NCBI RefSeq assembly: GCF_033153115.1
Contig: NW_026889778.1
Coordinates: forward strand, 13,640,001 to 13,704,000
Direction of reading: 5' to 3'
DNA length: 64,000 bases
DNA from: Saccostrea echinata
Lineage: Eukaryota
Shown: one piece after another, positions 49,639 to 63,323 of the stretch
Numbering within the stretch: position 1 is the stretch's first letter
Layout: every line of letters begins with the position of its first letter
The notes under the pieces: model-generated
The model's database searches: none
The model's input: only the letters and a program-made list of their open reading frames with translations
Told to the model about the DNA's origin: nothing
Translations under genes and position numbers: made by a program

Positions 49639-49888
49639 GGCCATCTTGAAAATTTGTTTGCTTGCCCTCTCCCGACTCAGGATAAATATATTGGGTCGGT
49701 AGGTAGGGGAAATTTTTTTTATTCAAAAACACTTGCAAATATGATAATAAAATAGTTATTTATGAGATGAAAAAACTTAGAAATGAATAAAAAAAATGAT
49801 TTCTGGAGGTTGAAAAAAAGTTTTGAGTTGTGGCATTTTTAGTCCGTCGGTCGGAAGAGGGCAAACAAATATTTTTTTAAAGATGGCT
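49639..49888. mobile_element. PIF/Harbinger-like MITE (TTA TSD)
   Basis: TTA|GGCCATCTTGAAAATTTGTTTG..CCCTCT.CCGAC ... GTCGGAAGAGGGCAAACAAAT..AAGATGGCT|TTA. Confidence 0.65.
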
Positions 49889-50061
49889 TTATTTTGTAAG
49901 TTTTTTTGTTCATTCATTTTTCATATTATACTATGTGTACAGGTAAATGATTGGTTTTAATGATATTTGTTTAATAAGCATCTACAATTTAATTGTGCTG
50001 GAAATCACTTACTAATTAGTTTAATTTACTTATGCTACTCATTTGGGAGGGGGGGGGGGGG

Positions 50062-50495
50062 TCGGATGCTGGATCTGACCTACATTTTCCAGACGAGTGA
50101 CCAGGTTAAAGGTTTTTGAGCAGGTCCATTCCCAAGTAACTATAAGCCCTATCAGGAATAAACTTGCATGGATAATGCATCTAGGGATGGACACTACCAA
50201 ACTTGCTTCGGATGCTGGAACTGACCTACATTTTCCAGATGAGTGACCAGGTTAACGATTTTGAGCAGGTCCATTCTCAAGTTACTATAAGCCCTACCTG
50301 GACCAGACTTGCATGGATGATGAATCTAGGGATGGACACTATCAGACTTGCTTCGGATTCTGGATCTGAACTACATTTTTCAGATGAGTGACAAGATTTA
50401 AGTTTTTTGAGCAAGTCCATTCCCAAGTAACTATAAGCCCTACCTGGACCAAACTTGCATGGATGTTGCATCTAGGGATGGACACTACCATACAT
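50062..50495. repeat. Three tandem ~145-bp units
   Basis: tcggatgctgga.ctgacctacattttccaga..ctagggatggacacta recurs at ~50062, 50207 and 50352. Confidence 0.9.
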
Positions 50496-51028
50496 GCTTT
50501 TGCAATGCATAAGCATTACATTTAGCGTTACTGAAAGCCTGGGATTAAAATTATATGGTGTCTAAGCATTGTAATCTTAAAATTTTAACACTGTAATGCA
50601 CAATAATTATCTTATGCAGAGAGAAATTCTTTAAAGATTGTATTTTCCAAGCAGGGCAGAGATTGTTTCTCCAAAAATAATGAAGTATAATGTCACCATA
50701 AAAACTTTGCAATAATATATCATAATGCTTACGAGCTTTATAAATAAGTAAACAATCATGATAAACATGTCACGATTCTAAAAGATTAATTGGAACTTAA
50801 TGAAACTTAATGATATTATATGATACTTGTGTATAATGATAAGTGTAAACGCATTACGAAATTGATATACAAATGCATACGAAAAATCAGAATTAATCTA
50901 CTTTTATTTATTAATTTGTTGATTATAATATATGATTTCTTTATCATATATCGGTTTTTCTATTTACATCCTTATTGGAAAATATTGCTTTAGCTATGTA
51001 TACATGAGAAATCTCTGAAAACAATTAA

Positions 51029-51346
51029 GGTCAGACGATACGTTCCTCAAATATGTGTTTTTGAAATATCTTTGTATTGTGTGGAAAATATTCAAAATTT
51101 TAATTACCTTCTGATTTCTAAACTGGTTTCTAATTGTCTTTAAAAAATTGAAACACTTAAAAATGTGTTATTGGCTAATTAAATTTTTTCAAAGGGATTT
51201 TATAGGAAACAACGTCCTCCTGTATCTTGCACAAATGCCTGGTAAGGTACCTCAATATTTTGCGAGTAAACATATTAAAGTAGCAATACTTCAAAGACGA
51301 AATCTTAGAAAAAATTATATATTATTGAGGAACGTATCGTCTGTCC
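51029..51346. mobile_element. TTAA-TSD Kolobok-like MITE
   Basis: TTAA|GGTCAGACGATACGTTCCTCAA ... TTGAGGAACGTATCGTCTGTCC|TTAA. Confidence 0.85.
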
Positions 51347-51519
51347 TTAACAAGCAGCATTTACACACTGTCATCTTATTCTTCTCTTTCTAATCTTTAC
51401 TCGAGAATCCACATTTCCTTCCTCGGATTGCAGTGTCTAGTATATATATATAATAAAGGGTAAGAGACTCGATTTGCATTGAATTTGTTTTTAATACTTT
51501 ATCACCCAGACATTATCTC

Positions 51520-51559
<40 letters not shown>

Positions 51560-51570
51560 GAGAATACATT

Positions 51571-52640
51571 TAAGAAATAAATAACAAGTTTAAAAACTTC
51601 TCTGGGAAATGAAGTGGGTCGGTCACGTGATCAAATCCTTTGAAGGCCGAAGGCCTTCTCAGAAGATTTGATCACGTATCGACCCACTTCATTTCCCAAA
51701 GAAATTTTTAAGCTTGTTATTTATTACTTATATTTGAGACGGACAATCGAATATAAATATTGCAGTAACTGTTCGTCGTAGATTTTGACAAATTACGCAA
51801 GGTGTAAATCGGCTTGAAAAGCGGTTACGCTTCAAATTCATCTGGCAAAGGATTTTGTTTTGAAGGGAATATTCTGTGAAAGGCTACTTGTGATCAATTA
51901 TAGTGAGCATACTGGTGTCTGGGAACTATTGAATTCATGAGAACCCATATTCGATGTTAAAAAAACACAAGAAACACGTCCGATGTTTAAATGTTGGAGT
52001 AATTTCGGTCGGAAAGGAATGGATGGAAACGGACCAGTTAACTTGAAATCAAGTATAAAATTGGATCAGAAATATAATATCTACGATTTCAGTTAGGCAT
52101 ATTTATTATGATGTTGACACGGAAATACTGGCGACAGCTTGCATTGTTAAGACAACGATCTCGATGATGAAGGTGTGTCTACCGAACTTCCGAAGTGCAG
52201 TGTTTGTCAGCTGTTTGTTGCGTGATTGCATTACATTGATATTTTCCAACAGATTTTCAAATTTATTGTGAGTAAAGTTTAATGAAAAAAAATTATAGCA
52301 TTCAGAGGTCTACAAGAAAAATAAGGGTAAACGTTGAGACTATGCAGCTCAGACATGAAACTTATAACACGTAGTTTTCTATTCTTTATGTAAAATCGAT
52401 CAAGAACTGTGTTAAATACTCGTTTACATTGTTAATAAAATGATTATTATTTTACTTGCGTATTTTGTACATTTTATACATGAAAAACATGCAATATTGC
52501 TAAGTAGAGTATGTCTTTTTATGTGGATATTACTGCGCTGTGTGATTACGTAATGACCTATGACCTTTGAAAAACTTCATACAGGTATGAAGATATTTGC
52601 TCTCTGTATGTTTATATAAGAAAGAGATACCACAAATGTA
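51571..52640 (+). mobile_element. Long-hairpin element, family D, inserted in repeat unit 1
   Basis: Hairpin at 51571-51730 capped by GGCCGAAGGCC. The host motif agaatacatttgattttgac is split between 51570 and ~52644. Confidence 0.7.
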
Positions 52641-53027
52641 TATATTTGATTTTGACTTTTTGCATAAATCAAGAACAAACATTCTTATTTAAAATAAAGT
52701 GGAAGTTCCAATAGTTAATTTCTTGTTTTAGACTTTCTAGAAATAATGCCATTTCCACATCATATAATATCACGTTCACATTCAAATTCAATATTTCTAT
52801 TCAAAGAGAGCAGAAAATAGACATATAGACAAACGGACAAGAGGATTCCCAAGGTATGTAGTGGTACTGCAAATCTTGATTTCTTTCAAGTGAATTTTTA
52901 AGCCTTATAATTGCTGCAATGAGATTATGTTACGAACTCGACACATAAATTTTCATATCAGTTTCAAAACAACCTTGCACCAATTTTGGTGAATTGTTTA
53001 GCAGTGTACGTATATAATGTTCCTTAA

Positions 53028-53512
53028 GGTCAAGATCTAGTAATTGAGTTTAGACTGTTTTTTTTTATGCGATCCATTATGACGTCATACTCAATTTAAA
53101 CTTACTTTTTCCCGTATTTTACGGCTGTAATAGAATTTGTAGAAAATGCAGCATTTTCATGGAATTCAATTTGAAATCATGTCAAAAGTAACCCCGATAC
53201 CTACATTCAATTTAATATCATTTTAAAGTAAAGGTCAAGAAGATAAGAAAAATCATTTTCTGAGAGACTGTGGGCAATACTGATACATTTCCTTTTTCCA
53301 AGATGAAAAAAAAACTCCGAAATTTATACCAGACTTTCTTCATTTTATATTGAAAATGACTGCTTAAAAAATGTTTTTTCGTTGAGTTTACCTAAAAATT
53401 ATTCCCCGATACATCTTATTTTAGTAAGCTGTATTTGTAAAGGAGTAATAAAAGAACTCGTTTCTAAAATTTGAGAAATCTGTAGGCACCTTTCATTTAC
53501 TAGATCTTGACC
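53028..53512. mobile_element. TTAA-TSD Kolobok-like MITE, with the empty site visible in sister repeat units
   Basis: TTAA|GGTCAAGATCTAGTAA ... TTACTAGATCTTGACC|TTAA; other units read cccTTAAgc. Confidence 0.88.
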
Positions 53513-54626
53513 TTAAACAGGTTTGTGAGTTATTCAAAGATTTAATGATACTCGATCACGCACAGTATAAGAAGTATCAAGAAATTTAAAAAAATGTGTT
53601 TAGTCAGTTTCTGTTAAATATCTCATAAAGATTACTCGGTCTTTAAATAAATGAATAGATATGAACAGTTGTAGAATGTTATTGAAACTTGCGTTTTATC
53701 AATTTCCAGTCGATGATAAGAGTTCGGTAAACAAACTGAGTTATTTAGTAATAAGCTAGTGGATCAGAACAGCAGAAGGCATGCTACGGCAGTTTTTTTA
53801 ATCACCATATGACGATCCAGTCGCTACATTAAGACTGTTTTTGTGACACAGAAAACATGTCATTATGAACTGACATTTTTTTTTAAAAAATAATTATCTG
53901 ATCATTGTCAAAATTATGAGGTTTTCAAGGAGTAATCTTATAACAAATATACATGTAAATGTCCGCGTCTTTACAGACACTATAATTCATTGTTTGTTTT
54001 GTCATTGTTATTTAGTTCACTACTTCATCGTTTCCGCCTGCCCTTTTAATAATTAAATATATACTTTTTTACAGATATTTTCAATTTAAAACATTGGGTA
54101 AGGAATGATTTTTAAAATTTTTCNNNNNNNNNNNNNNNNNNNNNNNNNNNNNNNNNNNNNNNNNNNNNNNNNNNNNNNNNNNNNNNNNNNNNNNNNNNNN
54201 NNNNNNNNNNNNNNNNNNNNNNNNNNNNNNNNNNNNNNNNNNNNNNNNNNNNNNNNNNNNNNNNNNNNNNNNNNNNNNNNNNNNNNNNNNNNNNNNNNNN
54301 NNNNNNTTTTGATATTAATCCTCTGCTTACAAATGCATATAGAACACTTAATTTTTTTAGAATTTACATAATTTTATTCTTCCCTTTTTTAATCACGACT
54401 CGAGAATCTACACTTCCTTCTTTAGACTGCATTGTGTAGCGAATAAATAATATAAAGGGCAGGTATCCATTTGCATTGAATTTATTTTTCAATATTGTAT
54501 TACCCAGACATTATATCGCCCAAAGAAGCTGAGAATCCATTTGATTTTGACTCTTTTGAGTAAATCAAGAACAATAAAGTTTATTTTCAATAAATTGGAA
54601 GTCCCAATAGTTTATTTCCTTATGAT

Positions 54627-55273
54627 GAAACATATGGAGATAACGAACAGTATTCAAGCTCGAAAGTCCATTAAACAATACAAAATAGGAGCAGAGCAAA
54701 CACGGACCTTCAAACATCAGAGGTGGGATCAGGTGCCATGGAGGAGTTAGCATTCCCTGCCGACCGGTCACACCCGCCGTGTGCTCCTTGTTATGATCGG
54801 AAAATAACGGAAAAATCAGTCTACAATTCAGTGTGTAAATAATGGCCCAGCAATAAGTACATGTATGAAAAACGTCAGTTAGCATTTGACTCAATTTGCT
54901 GACAAGGTCATTGTATCGACCATAGAACTTACGAAATGATGACACGAGACAGCTGATATTCTTGTTTCATCAACTTATTTGTCAATAATTTACCTCGTTT
55001 TAGAAATTGTACATATGAAGAGCATGCTCTTGAGTATCAAATCAACTGAGAGATATATACCCCGTATGCAGGTGATGAAGGTATATTGCATAAGTAAGGG
55101 AAGTTGACGATTGAAAAGTTAAAGTCATCACGTTTATCATAAAGCTGGGTTGTTAGATTACCATTAACGTCTTTTTCAAGTAAAATATCCAAATATGAAA
55201 CAAATGTGTCAGACTCTGTGGTATCTTTTATCTCAAGTTCACCAGGATATATCGTATCGACATAAGAATGAAA
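54627..55273 (-). mobile_element. 5'-truncated Penelope-like RT retroelement fragment
   Basis: The - strand reads LYDKRDDFNFSIVNFPYLCNIPSSPAYGVYISQLI*YSRACSS..FLKRGKLLTNKL, then SFRKFYGRYNDLV. Absent from sister repeat units. Confidence 0.75.
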
Positions 55274-56359
55274 CTTATCTGAAACTACCTAGAAGATACG
55301 CTATTTTCATATCATATAATAGCACATTGACATTAAAATCCCAATTCTGTTTTCAAAGAGAGCAGAAAATGGACATATAGACAAATTGACAACAGGATTC
55401 TCAAGGAATGTAGAGGTTCTGCAAATCTTGATTTCTTTCAACTGATTTTTACGCCTTATAATTGCTGCAGTATGTTAATGTTACGACCTCTACACATAAG
55501 TTTTCATACCAGTATCAAAACCATCGTGCACCAATATTGGTAAATTTGATTTGCAGTACAGAGTACGTATAAAACTTCCCTTAAGCTGGTGTGTAAGTTA
55601 TTCAAAGATTTCATGAAACTATACCTCGATTATGCACAGTAATAGTAAAAGGTTTTTAAAAGAAATTGAATTTGGTCAGTTCTGTTAAATAAGCTATTAA
55701 TAAAGATTACGTATTTCAAACAGTAAATAATTACCATAAATAAGTGTGATATAAAAAGTATTAGAATTTCTTATTAAACCTTGCAATTTATCTATTTCAA
55801 GTCGATAATTAGGGTTCGGTATTAATTAAATAATAATAAAAATAGAGAATACTCAATTTTCAGCATTTAAGCAATATTTTTTCTTCCCTTTTTAAATCAC
55901 GACTCAACAATCCACACTTCCTTCTTTAGACTGCATTATGTAGCGAATAAATAATATAAAGGGCAGGTATCCATTTGCATGGAATGTATTTTTTAATTCT
56001 TTTTCACTAAGACATTGTCTCACACAAGGAAACTAAGAAAACAATACATTTGATTTTGATCTTTTGCTAAAAATCAGGAAGACTAACTCTAATTTACAAT
56101 AAATTGGAAGTCCCAATAGTTTATTTTCTTGTCTGAAACTAAATAGACGACACGCTATTTTTGTATCACATAATAGCACGTTTGCATTCAAATCCTAATG
56201 GTCTATTCAAAGAGAGCAGGAAATAGACATATAGACAGATTGACAACAGGAATCCCAAGATATGAAGAGGTCAGCAAATCTTGATTTCTTTCAACTGAAT
56301 TTTTACGCCTTATAATTGCTGCAGCGTGGTTAAGTTACGAACTCTACACATATGTTTAA

Positions 56360-59358
56360 GAAAGCACAAAACACCCACCACCAAAAATTTCCTGTCGTTT
56401 AATTTTCGCTATTTTTGTATATTTTATACATGACTATATATACAATACGTATGCACATTTTGGACAAAAGCGTTCGAGTCGTATTTGGACAGGAAGTTCC
56501 AAAAGTTGGTTGTTCACACGGAGAAGAAATTTCAATCGGCTAGCTATAAAATCCTTGATTTTCAAAAAAGTCCAGCTAGTCTGGCTGTCAAATTTCATTG
56601 ACTCATTCATTTAACCATTAGCCACACAAATACAGTATTTTTGTAGAGGTATACATCGGTGACACATATTATGAAGAACTTAAACTGAAAAAATATGGTT
56701 CATTTAAGCCTTGAAAATGCATGTTTTTCAATTTAAATAATTTTTAATGAAAAAAACCTATCATTTAATTTTGGAAATAATGGGTTTTTTTTTCATGTAA
56801 CTGGTTACAATAGTAATCTTGGTACTTTTTTGTAATTTTTTTAAACTAGCCGTTTTGAAATTATAACGACCCCCCTCCTTTTTTTTCCTTATGTCACGTT
56901 TCTCAAGCGTCTTTCAGACTGGAACGAAAACATTGTTAGATCTACAAATACACATGAAAACTTCCAAGCTAGAAAATATCTTTTGCTTTAAACAAAATTA
57001 TTTACATTATATATCACAGTTCTTTAAACTTTTCAGTTCATTGAAATGCATATTTATTGACATTTTTTTATCCCTCCTTTTTTTTTTGGACGCAGTCATT
57101 AGAGCTTGATGAAATAAAGGTTGCCTTTCAGATATACATTTAATCTTTTAAATCCCTGAAGTACCAATTAGTTCATTCATTCATGCAGATTAAAATTCTG
57201 ACAACTAGAATAAGAATTAAACTATCAGCCACTAGAACAAAAGTAAAACTTATCTATATTTATAAATTAATAAATTTTGCAAATAAACTCCGAAACGGCT
57301 GTACCAGAGTTCTTACTTACTCCTCTATAAATACACTAGATACAAGATGATGTCCGTAAGCTATATTCAGATTTCGCTCGCATAGTAGGTATCGTACATT
57401 AAATTAAAAGTCTACTTTAAATTTCTATAAACAGTCATGAAATACCAAAAACGTGAGTACGGTGGTGGTTCCGGTTGGCGGATCTAAGTTACTGGCAATT
57501 TTTAATGAAACTGACAACAAGCAATCGTTTATTTATTTCATAAAATGTCATCACTGAAGTATTCAATCAAAACTTGATTTAAATAACATAAAAGATATAA
57601 GTTGTGATAACCGATTATAAAGGGAAATGTGCAAATTATTTTCGTCATTCACCGATCTTAATATTGTCAGAAGCTTCTAGAACATCATATAGCATCGAGC
57701 CCGATGTTAAAATCGATTATATAACTGCATGAGCATAGTCATTGAAATAATGGCAAATCATTGATAACACTATAAGTTGTGAATATATTTATGTATCGAA
57801 AGACTATTAGTATGTTTTCCTAATAAATTTATCGGTAAAATTTCTATATATTCCTCAATGACAGCATCGTGGCAACGAACCAAAGTACAATTTGTACTTC
57901 GTAAAAACTTGCTTACATGAAAAGAGAAAATTAATGAATAAGGTATTGTTCAAATACAGTTAAAGCTGTTAAAATTTTGTGCCTTTATCAACACATTTCA
58001 GTTTTTTTCTGAATACAAATACTCAGTCTATTCATATGGCGTTAAACAGCTGTTAAAAGCTAATGTAAAAAAAAAGGACAAAGAAAATTCAATTTATCAG
58101 AAAATATATGTATATTCGCTGCTTTTATCATTGACGGAAATGAAATAAGAGCACCTGAAGTACAATATCTATAACATAGTATAACAGGTTTCACAATAAA
58201 CGTCAATAAATGAAATTGTTATTTTTCAAGTTTTTACAAAAGGGGGGGGGGGTTAGAGACGTACATCTTCTTCTGCTCTAAGATTAAATGCAGCTGGATT
58301 TTGAACAAAGTATTTCTTCCTACTATTAAGCTAGCCTGTAGGCTGTCGGTAGAAACTACAATATATATTATTGAAATTTTTCTGTCGGTAGTGGTATAAA
58401 TTCAATTCCCCGCGCTTGCGCGGGATTTCATCTAGTTCTCTTAGAATTTTATGTCCACTTGTCCAATATGTAGTCAATACACATGGTTGACATGCATTTA
58501 ATTTTATACCTGCATTAGCATTCAACTTACATTGAATTTTAACCTTATTTTTTCATTAAAAGTGAATGCACAATGTTGAAAATTTAACTTTCTATGATGT
58601 AAACAGACTGGAAGATGAAATACATTGTTTCTTATTTATTTCAAACCAGAGAGGGGTCTTAAAGGAACCCCCTCCCACTTGTATGGATCCTTCTGTTGCT
58701 TCTATATTTAAAATGGAAATTTCGCATTCGTCTACATTAACTTCAATTTATCAAACTGTAAATTCTCCATCTATGTTTAAATTATTCATTGTAAATGTGT
58801 CTTCATAACTGTATGGCAAACAGGAGGAAATAACTCAACTAGGGGAGGGGAAAGATCTCCAACATTTTAAGAGTTGTTCCTCTGTGATTAGTGAACTTTT
58901 TTGGAAACGGGTTGTAAAACATTATTTTTCTTAAAAGGAGAATAAAACAGTATTGATATGGCTAATTCTTAATTTTAAGATAGACCCGTGATCTGGTAAT
59001 TGAGAATGTTACATCGCAAACTGTAACAAAAGACAGCAGTCAATGTATCATAAAAAAGATAAAGCTTATATTGATCACGGATACGAGTTCAAAGTTGGAG
59101 AACTTTAAAACATAATCTTTCCTTTCTTCCCTTTTTATGGAGGGAGGGGCGGGTCTAAATCAAAAGCACAAATAATCAAGGATACGATTTGGTATTTCTA
59201 AAGAAACAACATCAAGCCCCTAATCCCATTTTCTTTAAATTACGTCGGGATCGATTCGCTCGTCATTTTGACGCTTTATTATAAACGTCAAATTTGACGT
59301 CAAGTTAAACGTTTAATTGAAATCGCAAGAGTTGTCTTCCCCAGTGTGTTGTACGTCT
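56360..59358. mobile_element. ~3-kb insertion at TTAA (degenerate Kolobok-like ends) containing a Helitron
   Basis: The host unit acacata.gttt..ataccagtatc is split at TTAA (56356-56359 and 59359-59362); weak TIR gaaagcacaaaacac / gtgttgtacgtct. Confidence 0.6.
57253..58435 (+). mobile_element. Non-autonomous Helitron
   Basis: A|TCTATATTTATAAATT ... CCCCGCGCTTGCGCGGG-ATTTCAT-CTAG|T. Confidence 0.9.
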
Positions 59359-59496
59359 TTAAATACCAGTATCGAAACCATCGTGCACCAATATCGCTTA
59401 ATTTGTTTAGCAGTGTACGTATAAAACGTCCCATAAGCAGGTGTGTAAATTATTCAGAGATTTTTTGAAACGATACCTCGATCACGCACAGTAATA

Positions 59497-59694
59497 CTGT
59501 AGATCACCAAATTTTCGCGACACCTTATTTTCAAGTCATATGTATTTGGCGAAACAAAATTTTCACGAATACTGGGTATTGTTGTATATAATCTATACTA
59601 ACAAAAATTTACGTGAAAATGAAATTCCCACGGGCAGTCCGTCTCGCGTAATAAAGCGAAAATAATGTACTCGCGAATAAAAAGTGATTTACAG
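59497..59694. mobile_element. TA-TSD MITE (Tc1/mariner-like)
   Basis: TA|CTGTAGATCAC..TTTTCGCGA ... TCGCGAATAAAAAGTGATTTACAG|TA; absent from other units. Confidence 0.75.
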
Positions 59695-61392
59695 TAGTAA
59701 AAGGTTTTAAGAAAGAAAATGTATATGACCAATTTTGTTTAATAAGCCATAAAATTTATGTTTATAAATCAAAACATAATGATCATAAATAAATGTAATG
59801 TGAACAGTATTAGAATTTCTTACTAAACATTGAAATTTATCTATTTCCAGTCGATAATAAGCGTTCGGTATTTATTTAATCATAATAAAAATAGAAAATA
59901 CTCAACATTCAGCATTTACATAATTTTATGCTTCTCTTTTTAATCTTGACTCGAGAATCCACACTTCTTTCTTAAGACTGCATTGTGTAGCGAATAAATA
60001 ATATAAAGGGCAGGTATCCATTTTTATTGAATGTTTTTTTTTTCATTCTTAATCACCAAGACATTGTCTGACAAAAGGAAACTAAGAATACATTTGATTT
60101 TGACTCTTTTTATATGAAACAAGACTACTAACGCTTATTTGTAATAAATTGGAAGTCCCAATAGTTTATTTCCTAACCTGAAACTAAATAGACGATATGC
60201 TATTTTTATATCATATATTAGCAGGTTCACATTCAAATCCAATATGTCTATTGAAAGAAAACAGAAAATAGACATACAGACGAATTGACAACAGGATTCT
60301 CAAGGAATGTAGAGGTTCTGCAAATCTTGATTTCTTTCAACTGATTTTTACGCCTTATAATTGCTGCAGTATGTTAATGTTACGAACTCTACACATAAGT
60401 TTTCATATCAGTATCAAACAATCGTTCACCAATATTGGTAAATTTGATTAGCAGTGTACGTATAAAACTTCCCTTAAGCTGGTGTGTAAGTTATTCAAAG
60501 ATTTCATGAAACTATACTTCGATCACGCAAAGTAAAAGTAAAAGTTTAATGAAGGAAAATGTATTCGTTCAGTTCTGTTTAATAAGCCATAAAAATTACG
60601 TTTTTCAATCAATGGATAATGATCATAAATAAGTCTTATATGAACTGTATTAGACTTTCTTATTAAACATTGCAATTTATCTATTTCCAGTCGATAATTA
60701 GGGTTTGGTATCACTTTAATAATAATAAAAATAAAGGATACTCAATTTTCAGCATTTACATAATTTCATTCTTCTCCTTTAAGACTTGACTTGATCATAT
60801 TTCCTTCTTAAGCGAATAAATAATATAAAGGGCAGGAAACAGAGAATGCATTACATTTTGAAGTATTTGCATAAATCAAGAACAATAACGCTTATTTTCA
60901 ATAAATTGGAAGTCCCAATAGTTTATTTCCTTATATTAAACTACCTAAAAGATACGAGCACGTTCACAATCAAATCCAATTGTCTATTGAAAGAGGGCAG
61001 AAAATAGACATATAGACAAATTACCAAGAGGGTTCTCAAGGTATGTAGAGGTACTACAAATCTTGATTTTTATTCAAATAATTTTTAAAGCCTCATAATT
61101 GCTGCAGTGAGGTAACGTTACGAACTCTATACATACGTTTTCATAATCTTGCACCAATATTGGTAAATTTGTTTAGCAGTGTACGTATAAAACGTCCCTT
61201 AAGCAGATGTGTTAAGTATTTCGAAGATGTAATGAAACTATACCTCGATCACACACAGTTATACAAAAAGTTTCAAGAAAGAAAATGTATTTGGCTAGTT
61301 CTGTTAAATACGCCATAAATATTACAGAGTATTTCAATCAATAAATAATGATCATAAATAACGAGTTATAAACAGTTGTAGAATGTCTTAAT

Positions 61393-61827
61393 AGAGAAAT
61401 ACCGACATCTTACGAACGAACGTAACTCGCCCTAACTTCCCGTATCTCGGTAGTTTTCCCGGGACCAGTTATTGAACCTGGTTAAAATTAATAAATCGGA
61501 AACATTAAGTATATGTGTATAATAGAACGGGCAGTATTTTAATCACTTTTTAAATGATACTTTCTCCTGTCTAATTTTCTGTAATCGCTTACAATGTATT
61601 TAAAAGCGGACAAATAGAAGAAAATATACCAAAATACCTATGACGGGTTAGGAAACACATTTGACATGCGTCAGTGGTTATACGTATATATACTAGTGTG
61701 CGCTGTGTTCATTTGGGGAAAGTTACGTGAAATCTAAACTCATACCCTGTATGAATCCATGCAAAGGCAACAAGTTACTAGGTGATGCGCTTATATAGTG
61801 TCTTATTTAAAAGTGTACATATGTGTT

Positions 61828-61874
<47 letters not shown>

Positions 61875-62536
61875 ACAATGGACAATAATTGTTGTAATGA
61901 ATTATATAATGTAAAATTGTCTAATGTTTCAGAAATCAACTATTAAAAATTAGAAAATAGTCTGCACTTCTCCGGAAAAAGAAATATTTTTAAAGTGGTC
62001 ACGCGTAGATGTTTGTGTACTTGGGGAGGGAGGGGGGGGGGTCGAAGCTCAATTAATTTTCATTTTCATTATATTTAAGTAAAAACATGGAATACTACGA
62101 TCCATATACTACAATCCTTAAAAAAGTGGAATGGGGTAATGCATGCATATGCAATAATTTTTTTTTTCCATATCGTATCTAGTAAAAGAAAAAGTACCTT
62201 CATAAAGAAAGAAGGGTAGGTTTTTTCTTTATGTGAAATATCACTTCAAAGAAATAAACGAGCATTCATATGATAGACAGTATCTTCTTGGATGATGTAT
62301 TATATTGCAGTCTTATCTTTTATTCTCATTTTCATTTTCATTTTACATGTGTATTTTCCTTTTCTGAACCCCTTTGCTTGTTTAAATGTCCATTGAAATG
62401 TATTGTAGCGTCATGGTAGCGACTACGACAGGAATCTTGCGGGGATTTTATCTTTTGAAATCGCAAAAAACATTGAAGAATTCAATAATGCAAATGTGAA
62501 TACAATGAACGATCCTTAAGATGTCGGTATTTCTCT
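61393..62536. mobile_element. TIR element with apparent 2-bp AT TSD (possibly ISL2EU/PHIS-type)
   Basis: AT|AGAGAAATACCGACATCTTA ... TAAGATGTCGGTATTTCTCT|AT; interrupts repeat unit 5. Confidence 0.75.
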
Positions 62537-63323
62537 ATTGTAACCTGTGTTTTATCAATTTCCATTCGATGATAAGGGTTTGGTAAACAGAGGTAGTCAG
62601 TAGTCAGAGGTAGTCAGTAATAGACTTGTGGATCCAGAACAGCAGAAGGCAATGTGACGATCCAGTCGATACACAAATGCTGTTTTTGTGACACAGAAAA
62701 CATGTCATTATGAACTGACATTTTTTTTTGGAAAAAATAATTTTCTGATCATGTCAAAATAATGAAATTTGCAAAAAGCAGTCTTTAAACAATGTCTGCG
62801 TCTATACAGACCCCTAAAATTCATTGTCTGTTTTGTCAGTGTTATTTCATTACATGTATTTCATAGTGTCTACCAGCCCATTTAATAACATTTTTACTTA
62901 AAAATGTTTTTCAAGGTTTACCAATTTAAAAATATGAGGGGAAAAATTGATTTTTTTAAACATAAGTTTATGTGTATATTAAATAGTTGGCTTGATATAT
63001 TAAAGGATTTTGGCGCTGAGAAATCATGCGCTAATTTATAAATACCGTTAATAAATCATGAATAAATACCGTATATGGTGTGGACGTGTGTTGCGCTAAT
63101 TCATTACTAGGCTAACCACTGAATCCCACTAATTGCTCTAAATTTTGAATACGGCAATTTATGTTTAAGTACAGTATATATAGCTGCGCCTCGGGAAGTA
63201 GTTGTTGTCTTGGGGTACAATAAATTAACTTGCTATTGTCCTCATAAAACTATATAGGTGTATAATGTTTCATGGAATATATACTTTTAAATATTTCATT
63301 TTCAGCTCAGAACATTCAAAATA

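Larger units (their letters stand above)
51353..62580 (+). repeat. Five tandem ~845-bp units containing the TRIM-like promoter and first-exon module, most interrupted by different TEs
   Basis: The landmark (c)tcgagaatccacac or a variant recurs at ~51400, 54400, 55903, 59951 and 60790. Uninterrupted unit 4 is ~840 bp; units 2 and 3 give 844-855 bp after removing insertions. Confidence 0.9.

Noticed and set aside
50062-50495. Coding repeat or novel system in the 145-bp tandem
   Set aside because: Unit length is not a multiple of three and stops are present; it looks like ordinary Helentron-associated satellite monomers.
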